IMG/VR virus record: IMGVR_UViG_3300010885_054390
Coordinates: 16,255-80,254 of that record
Length of the DNA stretch: 64,000 nucleotides
Source: a virus
Reading direction: 5' to 3' (one strand)
Under the pieces are notes generated by a model. The model did no database searches. It saw only the letters and a list, made by a program, of their open reading frames with translations, and had not been told where the DNA came from. The translations under genes and the position numbers were made by a program. Shown here one piece after another: positions 63,111 to 64,000 of this stretch; the first letter of the stretch is position 1; every line of letters begins with the position of its first letter.

Positions 63111-63221
63111 TTATTTGGCCTCGAATAAACAGGGTTCTCCGTCCTTAAAGCCCAAGCGAACGAAACCCTCGAGCAAAAGATAATGCAGGGCCGCGAGCAC
63201 TTCTTTTTCTTTTTTGTTCAT
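63111..63221 (-). CDS. small hypothetical protein (36 aa)
   Basis: Exactly fills the gap between two lysis genes. Confidence 0.45.
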   Translation of the reverse strand: MNKKEKEVLAALHYLLLEGFVRLGFKDGEPCLFEAK

Positions 63222-63610
63222 TAGAAAGGTATCCCAACAAATTTTCTAGCAACCCACATAATCGGGCCGCGAAGCGCAAATAATCCAACGGCAATCAATA
63301 GGCCGCGCCAAATCCAGATCTCCTTCAAGGCCTTTCTTTGCTTGGCCTTCCAGTACTCTACGTCCTTCAAGGCTTCGTTTTTATCTTTTACAACCTGCTC
63401 ATAGGCCTCGGAGGTAGCCTTACAATTCGCAACTGCCGACTCTAATTGTTTCTTGGCTTCTGTAAGATGTTTTTTTGTCTTCGGATCAGCTTCTTCGATG
63501 GCAGCGTCAAGGCGGGCGTCGACGCCGGAAAAATCAGCATATCGATAGGCTTTAGTGGTGGTGCAACCAGTTAACAAACAACTGACTACAAGAATGCGTC
63601 CAAGTTGCAT
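63221..63610 (-). CDS. lipoprotein with C-terminal TM segment; unimolecular spanin candidate
   Basis: Lipobox LLTGC at residue 16, coiled coil, C-terminal hydrophobic helix. Confidence 0.6.
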   Translation of the reverse strand: MQLGRILVVSCLLTGCTTTKAYRYADFSGVDARLDAAIEEADPKTKKHLTEAKKQLESAVANCKATSEAYEQVVKDKNEALKDVEYWKAKQRKALKEIWIWRGLLIAVGLFALRGPIMWVARKFVGIPF

Positions 63611-63643
63611 ACTAACAGTACTATCACGTACTTTTTTTCTGAG

Positions 63644-63883
63644 TCAACCTTTAAAAAGATTTCGGATGGTATCAATAAGCCAACTTGTAATTACAGATAA
63701 TAGAAAAGTACCTGTAGCAATTACAACAGTCATTTTATGGTAGAAAACTTCTAAGTGTTGAACTCTACGATTAATGTCTTGCGTGGTTTCATTAATCTCG
63801 GCCATAGAACTTTTTATGCCAACCTGACGCTCTTCAATGCGAGCAAGTCTCTCTTTAATCTCAATGGTTGTTGGCACGTCCAT
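63644..63883 (-). CDS. coiled-coil membrane protein (holin/XhlA-like)
   Basis: ERLARIEE coiled coil plus C-terminal TM segment. Confidence 0.55.
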   Translation of the reverse strand: MDVPTTIEIKERLARIEERQVGIKSSMAEINETTQDINRRVQHLEVFYHKMTVVIATGTFLLSVITSWLIDTIRNLFKG

Positions 63884-64000
63884 TTATTTACCTCTTGTCT
63901 TGCGTAGTTTTGAAATCTTTGCACGTAGCCTATCGGCCACTGCATCTACATTAACATCGGTAAGGCCCAGAGGCAATAACAGGTGCGGGATAATACTAAA

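Noticed and set aside
1-64000. Stop-codon reassignment
   Set aside because: Genes are long and tightly packed under the standard code, with TAA, TGA and TAG all used as stops

Overview
A 64 kb segment of a tailed dsDNA bacteriophage genome with podovirus-like organisation. No integrase, stand-alone RNA polymerase, large terminase, portal or capsid gene is visible in this window. The layout is: (1) a + strand replication module (DUF5664-like dNTP diphosphohydrolase, family A DNA polymerase, primase-helicase, tRNA-Tyr, candidate origin, ferritin/Dps-like gene); (2) a - strand small-terminase-like HTH gene flanked by a G-rich tract and three long hairpins; (3) a + strand early region of about 16 kb of small genes (SprT-like protease, MoxR-type AAA+/vWA-like pair, T7 Ocr-like anti-restriction protein, DUF6878/DUF6915, MqsA-type Zn finger, 3D-domain protein, methyltransferase, DUF4406, two 2OG-Fe(II) oxygenases); (4) a - strand late module (lysis genes, tail/adaptor proteins, tail fibres, internal virion proteins) ending in a 3795-aa polyvalent protein. 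The most notable signal is an inferred injected transcription system. The giant virion protein is punctuated by six [LIF]-G/H-A-A junction motifs that look like cleavage sites. One module of about 385 aa between them has sigma70-family region 2, 3.2 and 4-like sequence, and the early region carries six copies of a non-standard bipartite promoter-like motif, GTCACC-N15-TCAACCTA. The window also shows strong GTTTAAAC enrichment, near-total CCWGG loss, and a CCGG/GCGC-free early region. All family assignments come from motif recognition by eye, not database searches.
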